A stretch of DNA of 64,000 nucleotides from Pseudovirgaria hyperparasitica. Taxonomy: Eukaryota. Where the stretch lies: NCBI GenBank assembly GCA_010093815.1, contig ML996565.1; one strand, given 5' to 3'. Position 1 is the stretch's first letter, and every line of letters begins with the position of its first letter. The notes beneath the pieces were generated by a model, which did no database searches, had not been told where the DNA came from, and worked only from the letters and a program-made list of their open reading frames with translations. The position numbers were made by a program, and so were the translations under genes. Shown in pieces: positions 23,353-36,966 of this stretch.

Positions 23353-24802
23353 GTTGTGGGCGTGGGCGTGGGCGTGGGCGTGGGCGTGTGTATGTGTGTG
23401 TGTTGGCGTGAGGGGACTGGGTGGTCTGCGCGAGGTGTTGTCAGAGGGCTAGTGGAGGCAGATGCAAGATGTGTAGGTAGGAAGGAGGATGCTGCTGGGA
23501 TGGGACTCACGCGTTGGCTACAGAGTCAGTCGGACGGGACTGCGACGTCGGTTTCGGAGGGAATTGTGATGATGTAGGACGGAAAAGGGGTGATGGCACT
23601 TTCTGGGGAAAATGGACGTGTGCGGCTAAGAAGTGCGGGTGTGGAGCTCCGGGTATCCATTGTATTGAGCCCCGAATTACCACGTTGGGACCGGCTGGCT
23701 GTGTACATCCTTTGCACTTCTACTCCTCCAATGCTAGCATCATTACCAAGTAGCAACTTGTATGTATATACATACACAGTAGTAGTAATAATAGCCAGCC
23801 TTCCATAACTCACAACCCCAACCCACCCCTTAATCCCATCCATAGCCAAGCCAGACACACCCACCCATCCACGCACGTCGTCGTCAAAACCAAAAAAAAA
23901 AAACTTCACAACAAGCACCACGTATCATTCATCCATTCATCGCCAGCCATGCACCTAGATCCTACATTGCCCACACACACCCTGCGTCTTTCGTTGCCCT
24001 GTGCTGTGCCGGCCTATCATAGCATGGCTGGCCATGGGCATTAGTAGTTAGTAGTCAGTAGTCAGTCAACAAGTAGCATGGCGCGCGCGTGGTCCCCACT
24101 CGCATCGTGTGTGTTGTTCCTGAAAATCCTGGCCTGGCATTGCCTGTTGTGGCTAATTAATTAGGGGATCCATCCGTGTGTTGCTGTTTTGTACCTGTCC
24201 TGTGTGTCTATTCCATTCCATCTCTCTTCTCGTGTACCTCTTCACCTCTCTCTTTTTACTAATTACTCTACCCTCTACTAAACCTACATACAACGTTGAT
24301 TTTAGAGATAGACACAGACATAGACGTAGACATACAAGTATTATGTATCAATTCAATTCAATTCAGATCTAAACTAGATGAAAACAATCCCGGCCCCCCT
24401 AGAAAAAGCAAAAAAAAATGCAAAACAAGCTTAGCAGTGATTATTGATAGGTTGGCATCATTACTACTACCACGAACCACGAGAACAAACACACGTGTAC
24501 ACACATATCCACACCGCATGCATCCACATATCTCCATAATTACCCACACAGACCCATAAACCCACGCAATATCCACGTCCTCGTCTGTACGTTCTACACG
24601 TCCTCATCTACACGTTCCTCACGCACTTCCCTCAAAAACAACGAGCGTGTCATCCACAACAACCCACTCCCCACGAACGAACAAACGACCGACTACTACC
24701 ACCCCACAACTCACAACCCACAAAACAAACAAACAACCCGAAAAATCGCATCCCCATCGCAGTATCAACTCCATCCTCTCTTCTCCTATCCCCCTTCCTC
24801 TC

Positions 24803-24926
24803 CCTCTGTCTCTGTCTCTCTCTCTCCCTCTGTCTCTGTCTCTCCCTCTGTCTCTGTCTCTGTCTCTGTCTCTGTCTCTGTCTCTGTCTCTGTCTCTGTC
24901 TCTGTCTCTGTCTCTGTCTCTGTCTC
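24803..24926. repeat. (TCTCTG)n hexanucleotide microsatellite, ~20 units
   Basis: Direct read; source of the spurious RDRD/SLSL/QRQR ORFs. Confidence 0.95.
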
Positions 24927-26188
24927 TTGTCGTTCTTGTCCTTTTCTTGCCCTTCAGCCTTCCTTCCATCCTCTCGTCCCTCCTCCTTTTTACACGCAAC
25001 ACACAAACACCCCAACACATACCACCACTACGTACTTCCACCTCGATCATCCATCTTTCCGCGCCAGACATGTAATTGTACAAACTGCACCCTCTCTCAA
25101 CGTCGTCAGTCAACATCACGCACACCACCAGCACCAACACAACACAACACAACACAACACAGGCCAAGCACAGATGCGGGATAGAATAGGTTTTTGATTC
25201 GACCGTCTAGGTAGAGTAAGTAGGTAGGTAGGGATAACAGACCAGCGCAATCCATAACGCCAAATCCCGTCCCTTCCCGCGTTTCCACTTGTTCCCCCTG
25301 TTCCCCCTCGTCCCCTGATTCCCTAAACCCCTCCCGATCCGAACCATCACGAGCCCTAGAAACCCTTCCCAAAAAAAAAAGAAAAAGAAAAGCGAACAGT
25401 CTTCCAGTCTGAATTCCCCTCGGTCAACCCTCCCCTCCACCTCCCTCTCCGTCCATGTCCCGAGTCGAGAACAAAATGGAAGAAAGAAAAAAAAAAAAGT
25501 ACTTTTCCCCCAAGTCCTCATTATAGACAATTCACCCAGACAGCAGCCGCTGCGTCGCGTCTACCCATCAGCCAGGCTGAGTCGGCCGTCAAGGCAGGAG
25601 AGGGGAGTGGCCACTAGCCGTTTCCGACGGCGTGGGGTCGCAACAAATACAGCAACACACAAAAGAGAAGAAGAAGAAGAGCAATCCAAAAAACGCCGAG
25701 GAAATGGAATGTCGCAGCCCACAATGTATCCCGCAAATGACGCCTCAAACACCGCTGCAAAATAACACAAAGAAACAAAACAACAAGCAAGAACACACGC
25801 AGAGCTGGAAAATGCACAGAAAACGCGATCCGATCCAGGAAATGCAAAGCACATCGAGCGACGCAAAGCCATGCCCCGTTCGACCACGTCGTCCTGGCGA
25901 AAGATGCCTTTTTGGGGGGGGGGAGACAAAAAAGCATAAGAGATGCATGTCGTATTAAGCTCTGGTATTAAGGAGCTGGGAAGATGCCGGATAAGATGTT
26001 GAGGGAGAGGGGACAAGACGTCCGGTAGCTCCCTTGGTTTTTTTTTTGAAAATCGTCGTGGTCGTTTCCGGATGATGACGTCGTAAAACAAGGAGATTCG
26101 TTTACATTTCACCACCACTACTACCACCACCACCACCACCACATCTTACCAGCCAGTGTCGAAACTCCCCTGCAACAAAAGAGTCGAC

Positions 26189-26525
26189 TCAGCCGAGGAT
26201 GGGTTGGGGCGTGTGGGAGTCGCCAAGGATGCTCCCATGCACGTTGGAGTGGTTGTATGGGTAGCCAAAGTTCATGTGCGATTGTGTCGGGTCGCCAATG
26301 TCAGAGCCGGTAAAGGGGCCTGGCGAAGACGAGCGCGACAGAAAGTGTGTTGGGCTCTTGCAAGGGCGGTCGTCGGCACCGTCAAAGAGACGAGACAGGT
26401 CCGAGATGGGAGTGGCAGGACTGTTGGATCCCGACGTCTGGCCGCTGGCCTCGCTGTGGTCCGAGTCGTTTCCGTCGGTCTGCTCCTGCGGCTTGCTCGG
26501 TTGTTGTTCTTGTTGTTGTTGTTCT

Positions 26526-26563
<38 letters not shown>

Positions 26564-28598
26564 CTGTTTGGTCGCCACGACGGTCGAAGTCGGGAGAGGC
26601 GAGTCTTTTCCAGAGCTGGAGCCAGAGCCAAACTGCAGTCGCCAATTAGCATCGGATGGGAGGGGTTCAGGCCAATCCTACTCGCGGTGGTTCACGTACG
26701 AAGCAAAATTTCTGTATCAGTTCATTGTACTCGGCCGATTGCAGGCCAGGCTTCTCGGCCGTGTTGGAGGACGAGGCCGAGGCGGCTACAGGGACAGACA
26801 GATTATCATTAGCCTTGACAGCAGACACATCCTGGGCGGTTGATTCAAGGTGAGGCAGTTTGGGCATGATACCGCTACGCTCACCAAGTGCATTTTGGGC
26901 ATTGGTGAGGGCGGCGCTCAACGAGGCCCCAAAGTCGTAGCGGGTGGAGAAGGCCTGCCCACCACCTCGTGAGGGACGACCGGAAGAAGATGATGATGAT
27001 GACGACGGGTCGGGGAAGATGCTGGGCCGCTTACTCTTTGGCTTCAGCTTGATCGAGTTGTTTGGCGAGTCGCCGATGAACGGCTTCGGGGCGCCAAACT
27101 GGAACTTTGGATCGAAGCCGTGGCCAAAGTCGTCCTCAAAGGAGGAGCGGGAGGGGAAGGATCGCGGGCGGGCAGACGGGGGCGAGTGACGGCTGCGAGG
27201 GATGGCGCCCATGGAGCCACCGGGGGAGCCACCAGCTGATTTGGCCAGCGCCTTTTGCCTAATCTTCTTGATGAAGTCGACCTGGTAGTTCATGTTTGAG
27301 TTGTTGTCCCAGTGCTCTTGGCCGTCGACGTTGTAGCGAACGCAGAGCAAGAGAGTCTTGGACTCGAGGTTTGCCTGATCGACAAGCTTGATGTTGAAGT
27401 TGAATCGATCGTAGCCGTCATTGACTTGCTTCTTGCGCACATCGTTGTTGTATTCGGCCACGACCTCGGAGGTAGTCTTCCAGTAGTCGAGAGTGAAGCG
27501 GGCGGTGACGGACTTGTGGAAGGCGATGTTGGCGACTGCGACAGTACCGATGAGGGTCTTTGTGTCGGCAGACAGGAAGATGCGCTCTACGCGGACGGGC
27601 AGCGTCTTGCGTTCAAACGTCTCGCGCGGGAAGTTGGCCAGGCGGATCTCCCACTCCAGCTTCTTGGACGAGGAGTGGCCCTCAAAGGGATACTCGGACT
27701 CGCTGTCGTAGGCAGTCTCGACCGGTGACGAACCAGCGCTGACTGCAGATGGTTTGTCGACCTGGAGGAAGTGGCGTACCTGCTCGATGTTGTCGTTGAA
27801 GTGGACAGCCTTGGAAAAGGTTGGGGTTCCAGGCATGCTCGAGGGACGTCTGCGAGACGAGGGACGGAGGGCAGGCTTGACGAGCTCGCCCGACTTCTTC
27901 CTCAGTAGAGGCGGTTTTATCCGCAGCTCATCGTCATCGAGCTCGCTGTCCGAGGTGTTGTCTGGCGATTCGGCGATTGCAGACGAGTGTTTGGACAGGT
28001 GGACGTCGCTGGACGAGCGTGAGTGTGAAATCTTGCGGGCCTCGGGCGTCAAAGATCGCTGGGGAGTGCAAAGGAGAGGCGCAGCAGCCGGGCTATCGGC
28101 ATCACGTCTTGGCGATGCGTCTCGTCGGACTTCAATCGACGACAGGGCCTCCTGGAGCTCAGCAAGGTTGCCCCACTGGCGACCCCTCTCGTCATCATCA
28201 TCAGAACCTTGTGCCGAGTCGGGTGGTGTGGTAATGGCGCCGGACGGGATGGTCAGATTATTGACAGGCGGAGGAGACTGGCGAACGCTGCCATTCTGCG
28301 GAGAGCCTCGGGGAGGGACGGAAAGCGATGTTCGCGCATGCTCCTGAACGGCAGCCGGTATGTTCTGAGGCAGAGAAGGCGTTCTCCGATGCTTGTTCAG
28401 GTATGAGGTTGAGGATAGCGATCGAGGAAGGGCAGGTCTAGACGAGGAGGAGGAGGAGCCTAGGTGTGTGCCCGGGCTGGAGCTTGCGGCTACAGACGCC
28501 GACAGGTCAGAGGCATTGTAGGACTGAGTCCGACTGATGACAGGGCTGTTTGGGTTTGACGATGCAGGAGATCGCTGGGAGGGAGGCGTGTAAGGCAT
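26189..28598 (-). CDS. Glycogen-targeting PP1 regulatory subunit (Gac1/Gip2-like) with CBM21 domain
   Basis: MPYTPP start; RKKSGELVKPAL; RVxF-type KAVHF; CBM21 GTVAVANIAFHKSVTARFTLDYW..WDNN..NYQV. Intron 26633-26699 leads to a Gln-rich last exon. Confidence 0.92.
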
Positions 28599-28683
28599 CC
28601 GGTCGGTGTTGTATAGGGTTACGCGTGCGTTGTTCGATAGGTCAACTAAGACGTCGAAGGCATAAAAGATATTAAAGAATTAT

Positions 28684-28830
28684 CTGTCGACATCAAAATC
28701 GTCAGCGGGCAGCAGGATTTGTGGGGTGGTTTGTGATGATGAGTTTAGGCAAGCGAGAGGGTGAATGGTGGAGGGTGACGGGGGATAGGGTAGACACGGC
28801 GAACAGTGACTCTGGTTGTCTGGTACTCAC
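28684..28830 (-). promoter_or_regulatory. Probable 5'-UTR intron of the CBM21/PP1 subunit gene
   Basis: Donor GTGAGTA at 28830, branch GCTGAC at 28706-28701, acceptor CAG ending at 28684. Confidence 0.6.
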
Positions 28831-30428
28831 AGAGGGAATTAGAATATCTCGTCCGGGGCGCGCGTCTTTGCCAAGACTGTGCTTTTATTTGATAGCACTA
28901 GATAGGTAGGCAGGGAAGTGAGACCGGAAATGACGACTAGTCAAAGCCGCAACGGATCTCGACAGGAACACACAGCTATCACGAGTGAAGTGACTGTGAC
29001 TGTGACTGTGTATGTTATGTGTGTGTGGGTGTGTTTGTGAAGCGGCGTAGGAGGAAGTGTCGACAGCGTTGCAGGAACTGTCGAGCACAATACGGAGGCG
29101 GCGGCAACTCTCGAGCGGTGTCGGAGGAATGTTCCTGCTGCACGAACTATGTTATCGTGGCGGTGATGGGTGTGTATTGAGTGTGTATGTGTGTGCTCTC
29201 GAGAGGCAAGCAGTATGCCAAAGGAGTCTCTCGTGTCTCGCCTTTTTCGACGACCTTGCAGGATGGAGGGCAGAGGGTCGGAATTAGAGGAGTTGATTGA
29301 AAGGGAGAAGAGGAGGAGGAGGAAGAGGAAGAAGTAGGGCAGGCTCGGACCTGTGTGAGGATTTATGGGAGAGGGGGGGGAGAAGAGGTAATAGGTGAGG
29401 AGGAGAGAGAGAGTGTGTGTGAGAGTGAGAGTGAGAGAGCGGGTGGAGAGAGGAGAGGAGAGGAGAAAAAGCTGGTTGAGGCGATGGGACGGAAGATGAA
29501 TTGGGGAAAGATGGGATGGGGGATTATTTTGGGGGGAGGGGGGGGGAAAGAGAGAGAGAAGAAGAAGATGGGTTGAGAGGAGGGTTTGGGATGGTTCTCG
29601 GGTTCGTAGGGGAAAATGGATGATAATAATGGATGGATGGGGACGGTGGAGGTTTGGTCGATGGCTTCTCTTCACCACGGGCTTCATCGGTTTCGTCGCT
29701 TGATGGCTCGCATCGATTTCCACTCGGAAGGCGGCCAGGGATTCTGGGAGTTTTGGGACTTTTTCTCTTTGGGGGGGGGAGAGTTTGACTGTCAAAAAGT
29801 GGATATTGAAGGGAGGGGGGGTTGATGAAGAGGCGGCCTGTGCACAACAAGACTAGCAGTTTAAGTCGCTTGTATTATTCTACTAGTTGCTTGGGAGGAG
29901 GAGGAGGAGAGAGAGAGATAGGGCCCGCCACCCATCCAATTCATTCACAGTCATGATTGATGGATTGATTTCAACACTCCATCAACGTATCAATGTATCG
30001 ACACAATTGATTGATATTGGCCATCGCGCGGTCCGCACGCAAACAACAAAAACTCCTGCTCATTCATACATGTCCGAGCACGAGAAGAGAGAGAGAGAGG
30101 ATGTGTGTGTGTAGGTGGGCTGAGTGTAGTGATGGCGCCATGTCCCTCCCGTGTTCCGGGCAGTAATAAGAGTACCAGAGTGATTAGTGTGTCGCAGGCA
30201 GGCAGGCAAGTTGACGAGGACGAGGACGAGGATTGCGATAATGTAGGTTCTGTTCGGTCTGTAACCAAGTATTGTATGTAGAGTAGTAGCCAGTTATCGA
30301 GATGGATGATGATGGATCGACCCCCAACAGACCGGGGGGGCAGCCTCGCTACTGTACGTGGCCCCGCCGCCGCCGCATCTAGCGAAAGCCGAGAGAGTGA
30401 GAGAGGGGCTCTCTCACTCTCTCGCTAT

Positions 30429-30432
<4 letters not shown>

Positions 30433-30470
<38 letters not shown>

Positions 30471-30555
30471 TATCTACAACAAGGACCAGCTATGGACAAG
30501 GATATGGACAGGGACAAGGACAGAGACAGGGATAGGGATAGGGACAGGGACAGGG
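30433..30555. repeat. (AC)n tract followed by GGGACA/GGGATA hexamer repeats
   Basis: Direct read. Confidence 0.85.
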
Positions 30556-32373
30556 TGTAGAAGCATCGGCCTAGAGATGCGCGACAGACAGGCAGGCGAT
30601 AGTGAGAGCTCGAACAGATATTATGCCAGTAATCCATTCACTACTACTCCAGACTCCACCTCCAGAACTCCATATAATACAGTAGATGGGCCCGTCTCCA
30701 ACAATGATTGACAGTCTCCACGCACACACGACAGAGGAGAGAGCCACTTTTCTTCGCGTCCCGACGACATGATACAATACTAACTATCTACTGCTCGGGG
30801 CATTCATTTTCCCCAGCACCGAGACCAGCACACACTCGGATTGCCAATTACAATATATATATATATATATATTGTATGGGAGAAAGTCGCCGCAGGAAGA
30901 CGGATTTGGGCAGTATATGTTATGTCAGTAGAGCGAGAGTGAATGTCAGTAATGATTTATCTGGGTGTTGTGTATTGGGATGCAAAAGGCGGTTGATTGA
31001 TCGCTGCACAACATTCGTCTTGGCCACCGAACGCCGGCCCAGCAAGCAAGCCACACACGCCTTTTCTGGCGGGGGCACGGGCCAGCACCAACAGCCGGCT
31101 GCACCGTGCAGCGTCCAGCGTTAATTAGTCAGACGCACAGAAGTTCTCGTTGATCAATTATTAGGTGACGACGGCACTGACTGTTAATTGTCAGAAGTAA
31201 TGATTGTTGTCGTCAACAAGACTACTACTGTACTGTAGCCCATCATCGTCGGCTGGCGTCTGCGCGTGTTGCCTCGTCGTCGTTGTCGCTGCTTGCTTAC
31301 TTACTTCAGCTTGCCGCCGCCGGCTTCCAACTTCTTACTTCAATAATACAGCCTGGAGAGCCTGACAAGCAGCAACATGATGTCACCCAGTGCGCGTTGT
31401 GTAGGCTGCTTGAATACAGTACAGTACAGTACACTCATCAGTACACTACCAGTGGTAATTAGGCTGATAAGGTAAGCAAGCCATTCTTAGTACGCCGCTC
31501 TCCTCTCTCCTCTCTCCTACCAAAGCTTGCCAGCCTCCTTGAAAGTCAGTCTGCCCACTCTCTCTCTCTCTCTCAGCCACAAGTAAAGGAACCACTGTCC
31601 ACCCCGTCTTTCAGGAGAGACGTGGACTGTGGGAGCGTAGGTAGGTAGACAAGCAGGTAGTGCAAACCATGGCAGACCGTACTCTGTGTAATAGACCCCC
31701 CCTCCCATGTGCAGAGAGAGAGTGCAGAGAGAGAGAGAGAGAGTGCAGCTATTCCCGGGACGTGGGGCCCACCCAAAAAAGTCAAAACGGCCTTGTCTTG
31801 GGTCGTGTTTTGCGCCTGTGGGCTGTGGCAAAGCCCCCGTCCGTCTTGACTCTGACTACTACTAATACTACTATTACCACTACTACCACTTACCACTCAA
31901 TCTCGACAAAAAGGCGGTCTGCTCCTCCCCTTCTCTCACTGGCCAATTCATTCATTCATTCCTCGTCTCCTCCTCCCTCCCTTGGCCGGCCTTGAAACGC
32001 ATGTCATTGTCGTTTGATGATGATGATGATGATGCTGATGATGCCGATGTTGGTGCTGGTGCTGGTGCTGATGCTGATGGTGCTGGCTGGTTGATCGTTC
32101 CATACTGTAATTACTGCTAATTACTGCCACTCCGACTATTACGTGACATGCTCAGCATCATGAACAACAACTTACCAACTGCAAGGTCGCCGTGTGTCTT
32201 CTCTGTTCCTGCATGCACATCACTTCACTTGAAACGTCCTGTCAACGTCCTGTTGATGCTTGAGCAAGCAATGGGGAACAAAGGCCTGCTCTGCATCTTC
32301 TGCCGTCTCTGCGCGCGCCACTAATTAATCCATTAACCCTTCCCTCTCTCTCTCTCTCACGTAACGAGTCCTC

Positions 32374-32388
32374 TCCTCCTCCTCCTCC

Positions 32389-32414
<26 letters not shown>
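32374..32414. repeat. (CCT)n microsatellite
   Basis: Direct read. Confidence 0.9.
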
Positions 32415-32421
<7 letters not shown>

Positions 32422-34699
32422 TCTCTGCCCCGCGCGCGCGCCCGTCCTCGTCAGTCGATTGGCCGACAATCTTGCATTCTGCATTCTGCATCGTACACTT
32501 TCTTCTTTCCCCGCATTCCTGCATGTCTGCCTGTCTGCCTGTCTGCATTGTCCGCAAGATCCGACCGACAGAAGAAAGACTCGTGCCGGTAGATGGCCAC
32601 CATCATCTGCCCACTCCATCATCTCGTCTTGCCGCCTAGAAAAGTCTGCGCCCGCCCATCTTTTGCCCGTCACCTAATTCTTAGTTCAAACGAAAGCGGA
32701 GGCCGCCGATCGTGCCGTCTGGCGCTGGCGTGCACTACCTGTCCTGTATGTATACAGATTGATACTTGCACAAATCTAGTATCATTATTCGCATCTCTCG
32801 ACATAAACATGTCTATCAATTGGACACTGAAACACGCATCTAGATGTGTATATATATTTATATACATATCCGCCGGTGGAGCAGGCAGTGGGATGATGGA
32901 TGGATGGATTGGATGGGATGTGTGTGTGTGCGTGCGTGCATTGGCGAAAAACGGCCGACCGGGACAGCCATGTGCGCCGTGCTCGCTCGCCGATGAGGAT
33001 GGATGTGAGGCGCAGAGAAGAAGTTTTTGAAAAAGGATGCTGCATGCCATGCAATGCAAGCGAATGCAAGCGAATGCAAGCAAATGCAATGCACCCCGGT
33101 CCTGCGAATTGAGATTTCGCCCAATTTTGGTGCTGCTGCTGCCCCGGGTGCTCTGTGCTCGGTGCTCGGTGCTCAGTGCTCAGTGCGCAGTGCGTGCGTG
33201 GGTTCCATCCAAGAAAGATCAGCGATCAGACAGTGGCGGCGCCGACGATCTTCCACGATGCTTTTCCAACGGCGCGGTGTGTGGTGTGCTTGTGGTGTGC
33301 TTGTGTGGTTGTGTGGTTGTGGTGTCGTGTTTGGTGTAACCGTCTTCTTCTTGCTATATCATCACACTCCTGCGTACCACTCTTCCATCCGTCCATCCAT
33401 CCATCCTCCATCAAAGCACGCCACCCGTGTGTATGTCTGAAGCAGAATGTCAGTCCATCATCATCATCATCATCATCGGCTTGCCTGCTGCTGCTGCTGC
33501 TGCTTATCACCACCACCACTCTTATCTCTACGCTTACGCACCCGTCATGCAGCCGCCGTCCTGCCTCCGTGAACGGCCTTTGTCTGCTCTCTCTCTCTCT
33601 CTCTCTCTGCCTGCACACTTGCAATAATAGCGGTTGGTGTTGCGAGAGAGCAGAGTACATTCATGGCAGCTTTCCATCTCTACCTAATTAATCAATTAGC
33701 TGCCCTTGTCTTGTGTGCCGCGGAAATCCGAATTTGCTTTCCACTTTGGAGCCTTTGTACGAGATGGACTGCTGCTCGTCGCTCTCGCACATATTCCACT
33801 CCCCCTTCGTATTCACCCTTTTCCTCGGGTCTTGCCCATCCTTCTCTCCCTTCACTTGATTACAGTAAGTACTACATGTCTGCTATCTATGCTATACCGG
33901 ACCCAACTCTCCAACCAGATAGAGGCACGCCGCTTGCCATAAATCATCACGCCAGCATCATCCCACCGTCGCGGGTCGCCCGCCGAACATGCTTGATCGT
34001 TGCGGCGTCCCGCTGCTGCTGCTGTTGCTCGTGTCATGGGCCTTCCCTTCGCCCTCACCGCTCTGTTGGCCGCCATCCAAACTCCCTTCTCCTCCCCCAA
34101 CACCCGCTCTCCCGTGAAGGCTGAGGCAGACAGATTGCAGGAGAGGAGCAAGCTACTACCCTTGTAATCCATTATCCTGCAGAGTCGCCTCGATGTTTGC
34201 CTCGCTCGAGACTCGACGCGACGTCGTCCGCGGTCAGTCAGTCAGCCAAGTGACGCGGTGCCCTACTACTACTCCATTAATTACCAATCCTCCCATCAAT
34301 AGGCATCATCCCAGACAGACAGACAGTCGTCGGTCGTCGTCAACACGCTAAACACACACAACACCTCTCAGGAACCTATAGCCTGCCCCGTGTGCCAGTC
34401 TGCGACTCTGCGACTCTGCGTGCGTGCCAGAGCCGCACTGCAATCGCGAATCGCGAATCGCGAATCGTAGTCTTGGCAAACATCCATCCATCCATGCCTA
34501 ACTATTACCGTAACTCTCTCCCCTGACTCGTCTTCATCACCCGGGGAAGAGAAAGCAGGGGGACTTCCCTGCTATAATAATCGATTCTACGGCTCTCTCT
34601 CTCTCTCTTTTCCGTGTGCTTCAAACTCCAACAAACTCTCATGATGCACTTGTCCGCTTATTAATTGTGGTTTTGTTTGTTCGATGATTGATGCGCGCT

Positions 34700-34772
34700 A
34701 CTTTACTTACTTACTTACTTACTTACTACTGTACTGCATACTACTTTACTTACTTACTTACTTACTTACTAC
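34700..34772. repeat. (TACT)n compound repeat, internally duplicated
   Basis: ctactttacttactt..actactgtactgcatacta occurs twice in tandem. Confidence 0.8.
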
Positions 34773-35299
34773 TGTACTGCATACTAATTATACCTGTACA
34801 TCCATTCAATACGTAACTACTACTTTGCCCAGGAACTTGGAAGACGACGCGCACTGGCCTCGCCGTTTCCTGCCCTATTCGCCGTTCTTGAATGCCGTCA
34901 TTGCCCCATGCTCTTTCTTGTTTCTTGTCTTGTCTTCTCTTGTCTTGTCTTGCCTTGTCTTGTCTCACCTCACCCCATCTCATCTCATCTCATCTCATCT
35001 CAGCATGGCATACATAGCATGGCATAGCATACCTCAGATCCCACCATGTTTCGCCCTCCTGCTGATCGTCGATCTGCCGCCGTCGTCCTGCGATGTGCTG
35101 TGCTGTGTGCTGCCGATGCGCCCATGTACCCCTGCCCTGCCACGCGCTGCGACGCCCGGGATGTCCGGAGCTTTTTTTTTTGTTGGCCTTGAAATGTCCT
35201 GGCGAATACAGAATTTGTTGGTCTTGACACTTTGGCTTCGTCGATGCGAGAGGCGTGCTTGATTCACCGCTTGCAAGCAAGTAATGATTGATGGTGTGG

Positions 35300-35300
<1 letters not shown>

Positions 35301-35369
<69 letters not shown>
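35301..35369. repeat. (CTA)23 microsatellite
   Basis: Direct read. Confidence 0.95.
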
Positions 35370-35413
35370 TTTTGTTGTCGTTGTTGTTATTTCATTCTTT
35401 TTATCATCGTCGT

Positions 35414-35484
35414 CCTCTCCTTCCTCTCCTTCCTCTCCTTCCTCTCCTTCCTCTCCTTCCTCTCCTTCCTCTCCTTCCTCTCCT
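35414..35484. repeat. 9-bp pyrimidine minisatellite (CCTCTCCTT)~8
   Basis: Direct read. Confidence 0.9.
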
Positions 35485-36834
35485 ATCCCTCCTCTCTTCT
35501 GTCCCTACTCTCTTCTTTGAATTATACATCACATGCAAAACACTCGTTATATATATATACGTCATTGACCCTCTCTGGTCTTCTATCTCCTCTCCATCAT
35601 CGATCCTCTTGCGTCCTGCGTGTTCTGCGTGTTCTGTACTTGACTCTGTGTCTCTATTGTAGGGCTATATATGTGGATGGATATGGATATACAGCCGTGT
35701 CTACTACCGCTGTGTGTACGTCGAGTGATGTGTGCGTTTAGCTCGTCCGTCGAGCCTTGATTCTCATCCATCTCAAGTCTCTCCTTATCTCCTTTTCGTC
35801 AGGTCATCTACCTTGTTTCGAAGGGTTGGTTTGCTGGGGAGGGCGAGTGTTCGCTGCTCTTGTACACGTGGGTACGTGTACGGCCTGGAGGAGCACATGG
35901 CATGGGTGACGTACCTCCCTGGTCAGCTACAGCTGCTGTAGCTGTGGCTTCTCTACCTAAGTAGGCTACGGATAAATGGATAGATATGTAGGGGTAGCTG
36001 TAGCTGTATATAGCTGTACGCATAGTCCGTAGAGGTACCTAGGGCAGGTAGCTACAGTCGTAATTATGCATATGTAGTATTGACTTGTTGTATCATATAT
36101 ACCCGTAAACACATAGAGCTATAGAGTATAGACGAATAGAATTACATACAACGAGAAGGATATAGGTTATACCTCTACGGAAAATTATAAAAATTATATA
36201 TGGAGATATATATAAGTTATACATATACAGCGGTACACTCTGCCTGCATGCTCGCTCTTCTCTCTTCCTCTCGCTTTCCCGCTCTTCGTCCAGGCACAAC
36301 TGTAGAAAGAGTATATAGACACAAACACCACCTCCCATGCCCACTCCCTGTCTATCTATAGCAAAAATTGCAACTACCAGATATCAGCCTACCAGCTACC
36401 GAGGCTGTAAGTAAGCCTCTACCTTTTCTAGCCATCTGACACCTCGCCTGCTGTAGAATATCGTGACAGATTCACCTCCTTTCTTCCTCTGGCCTCTGAG
36501 GCGGGTATGTGGACGGGGTAAAGTGAAGTGAAGGGAGGTAGTGCATTTGTGCATTCTCGTCCTCGTGGCCTCGCCCGTACGTTGTCCTGTCCCGAGACAT
36601 CAACGACTCCAAAATACAGGACTATAGTATCCTCAAACACCACCACATTCATTCCCATCATCCTAATACTAAACAGCCAAACAACCAAATAGCCAAAACC
36701 CCCATGAGCAACCCAACGCCAGACATCCACCGCCGAAGCAGCATCTCCACAGCCCTGACTAATTCCCCTACTTCCCCCCTGAAACACACACCCTCTTTTC
36801 CCTCTCTTTGCCTCCCTCTCTCTCTCCCTCTCTC

Positions 36835-36870
<36 letters not shown>

Positions 36871-36924
36871 CCAAAACCACAGCATCCACCCTCACCCTCT
36901 ATCCCCAAGCCACAGCATCACCCC

Positions 36925-36966
36925 NNNNNNNNNNNNNNNNNNNNNNNNNNNNNNNNNNNNNNNNNN
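36925..36966. other. Assembly gap (42 N)
   Basis: Run of n, flanked by C-rich and (CT)n sequence. Confidence 1.

Noticed and set aside
22024..23577. Long antisense and alternate-frame ORFs over the EBP-like gene (also seen over the oxidase, BAR-SH3 and CBM21 genes)
   Set aside because: Shadow ORFs expected from GC-rich codon usage of the real gene.
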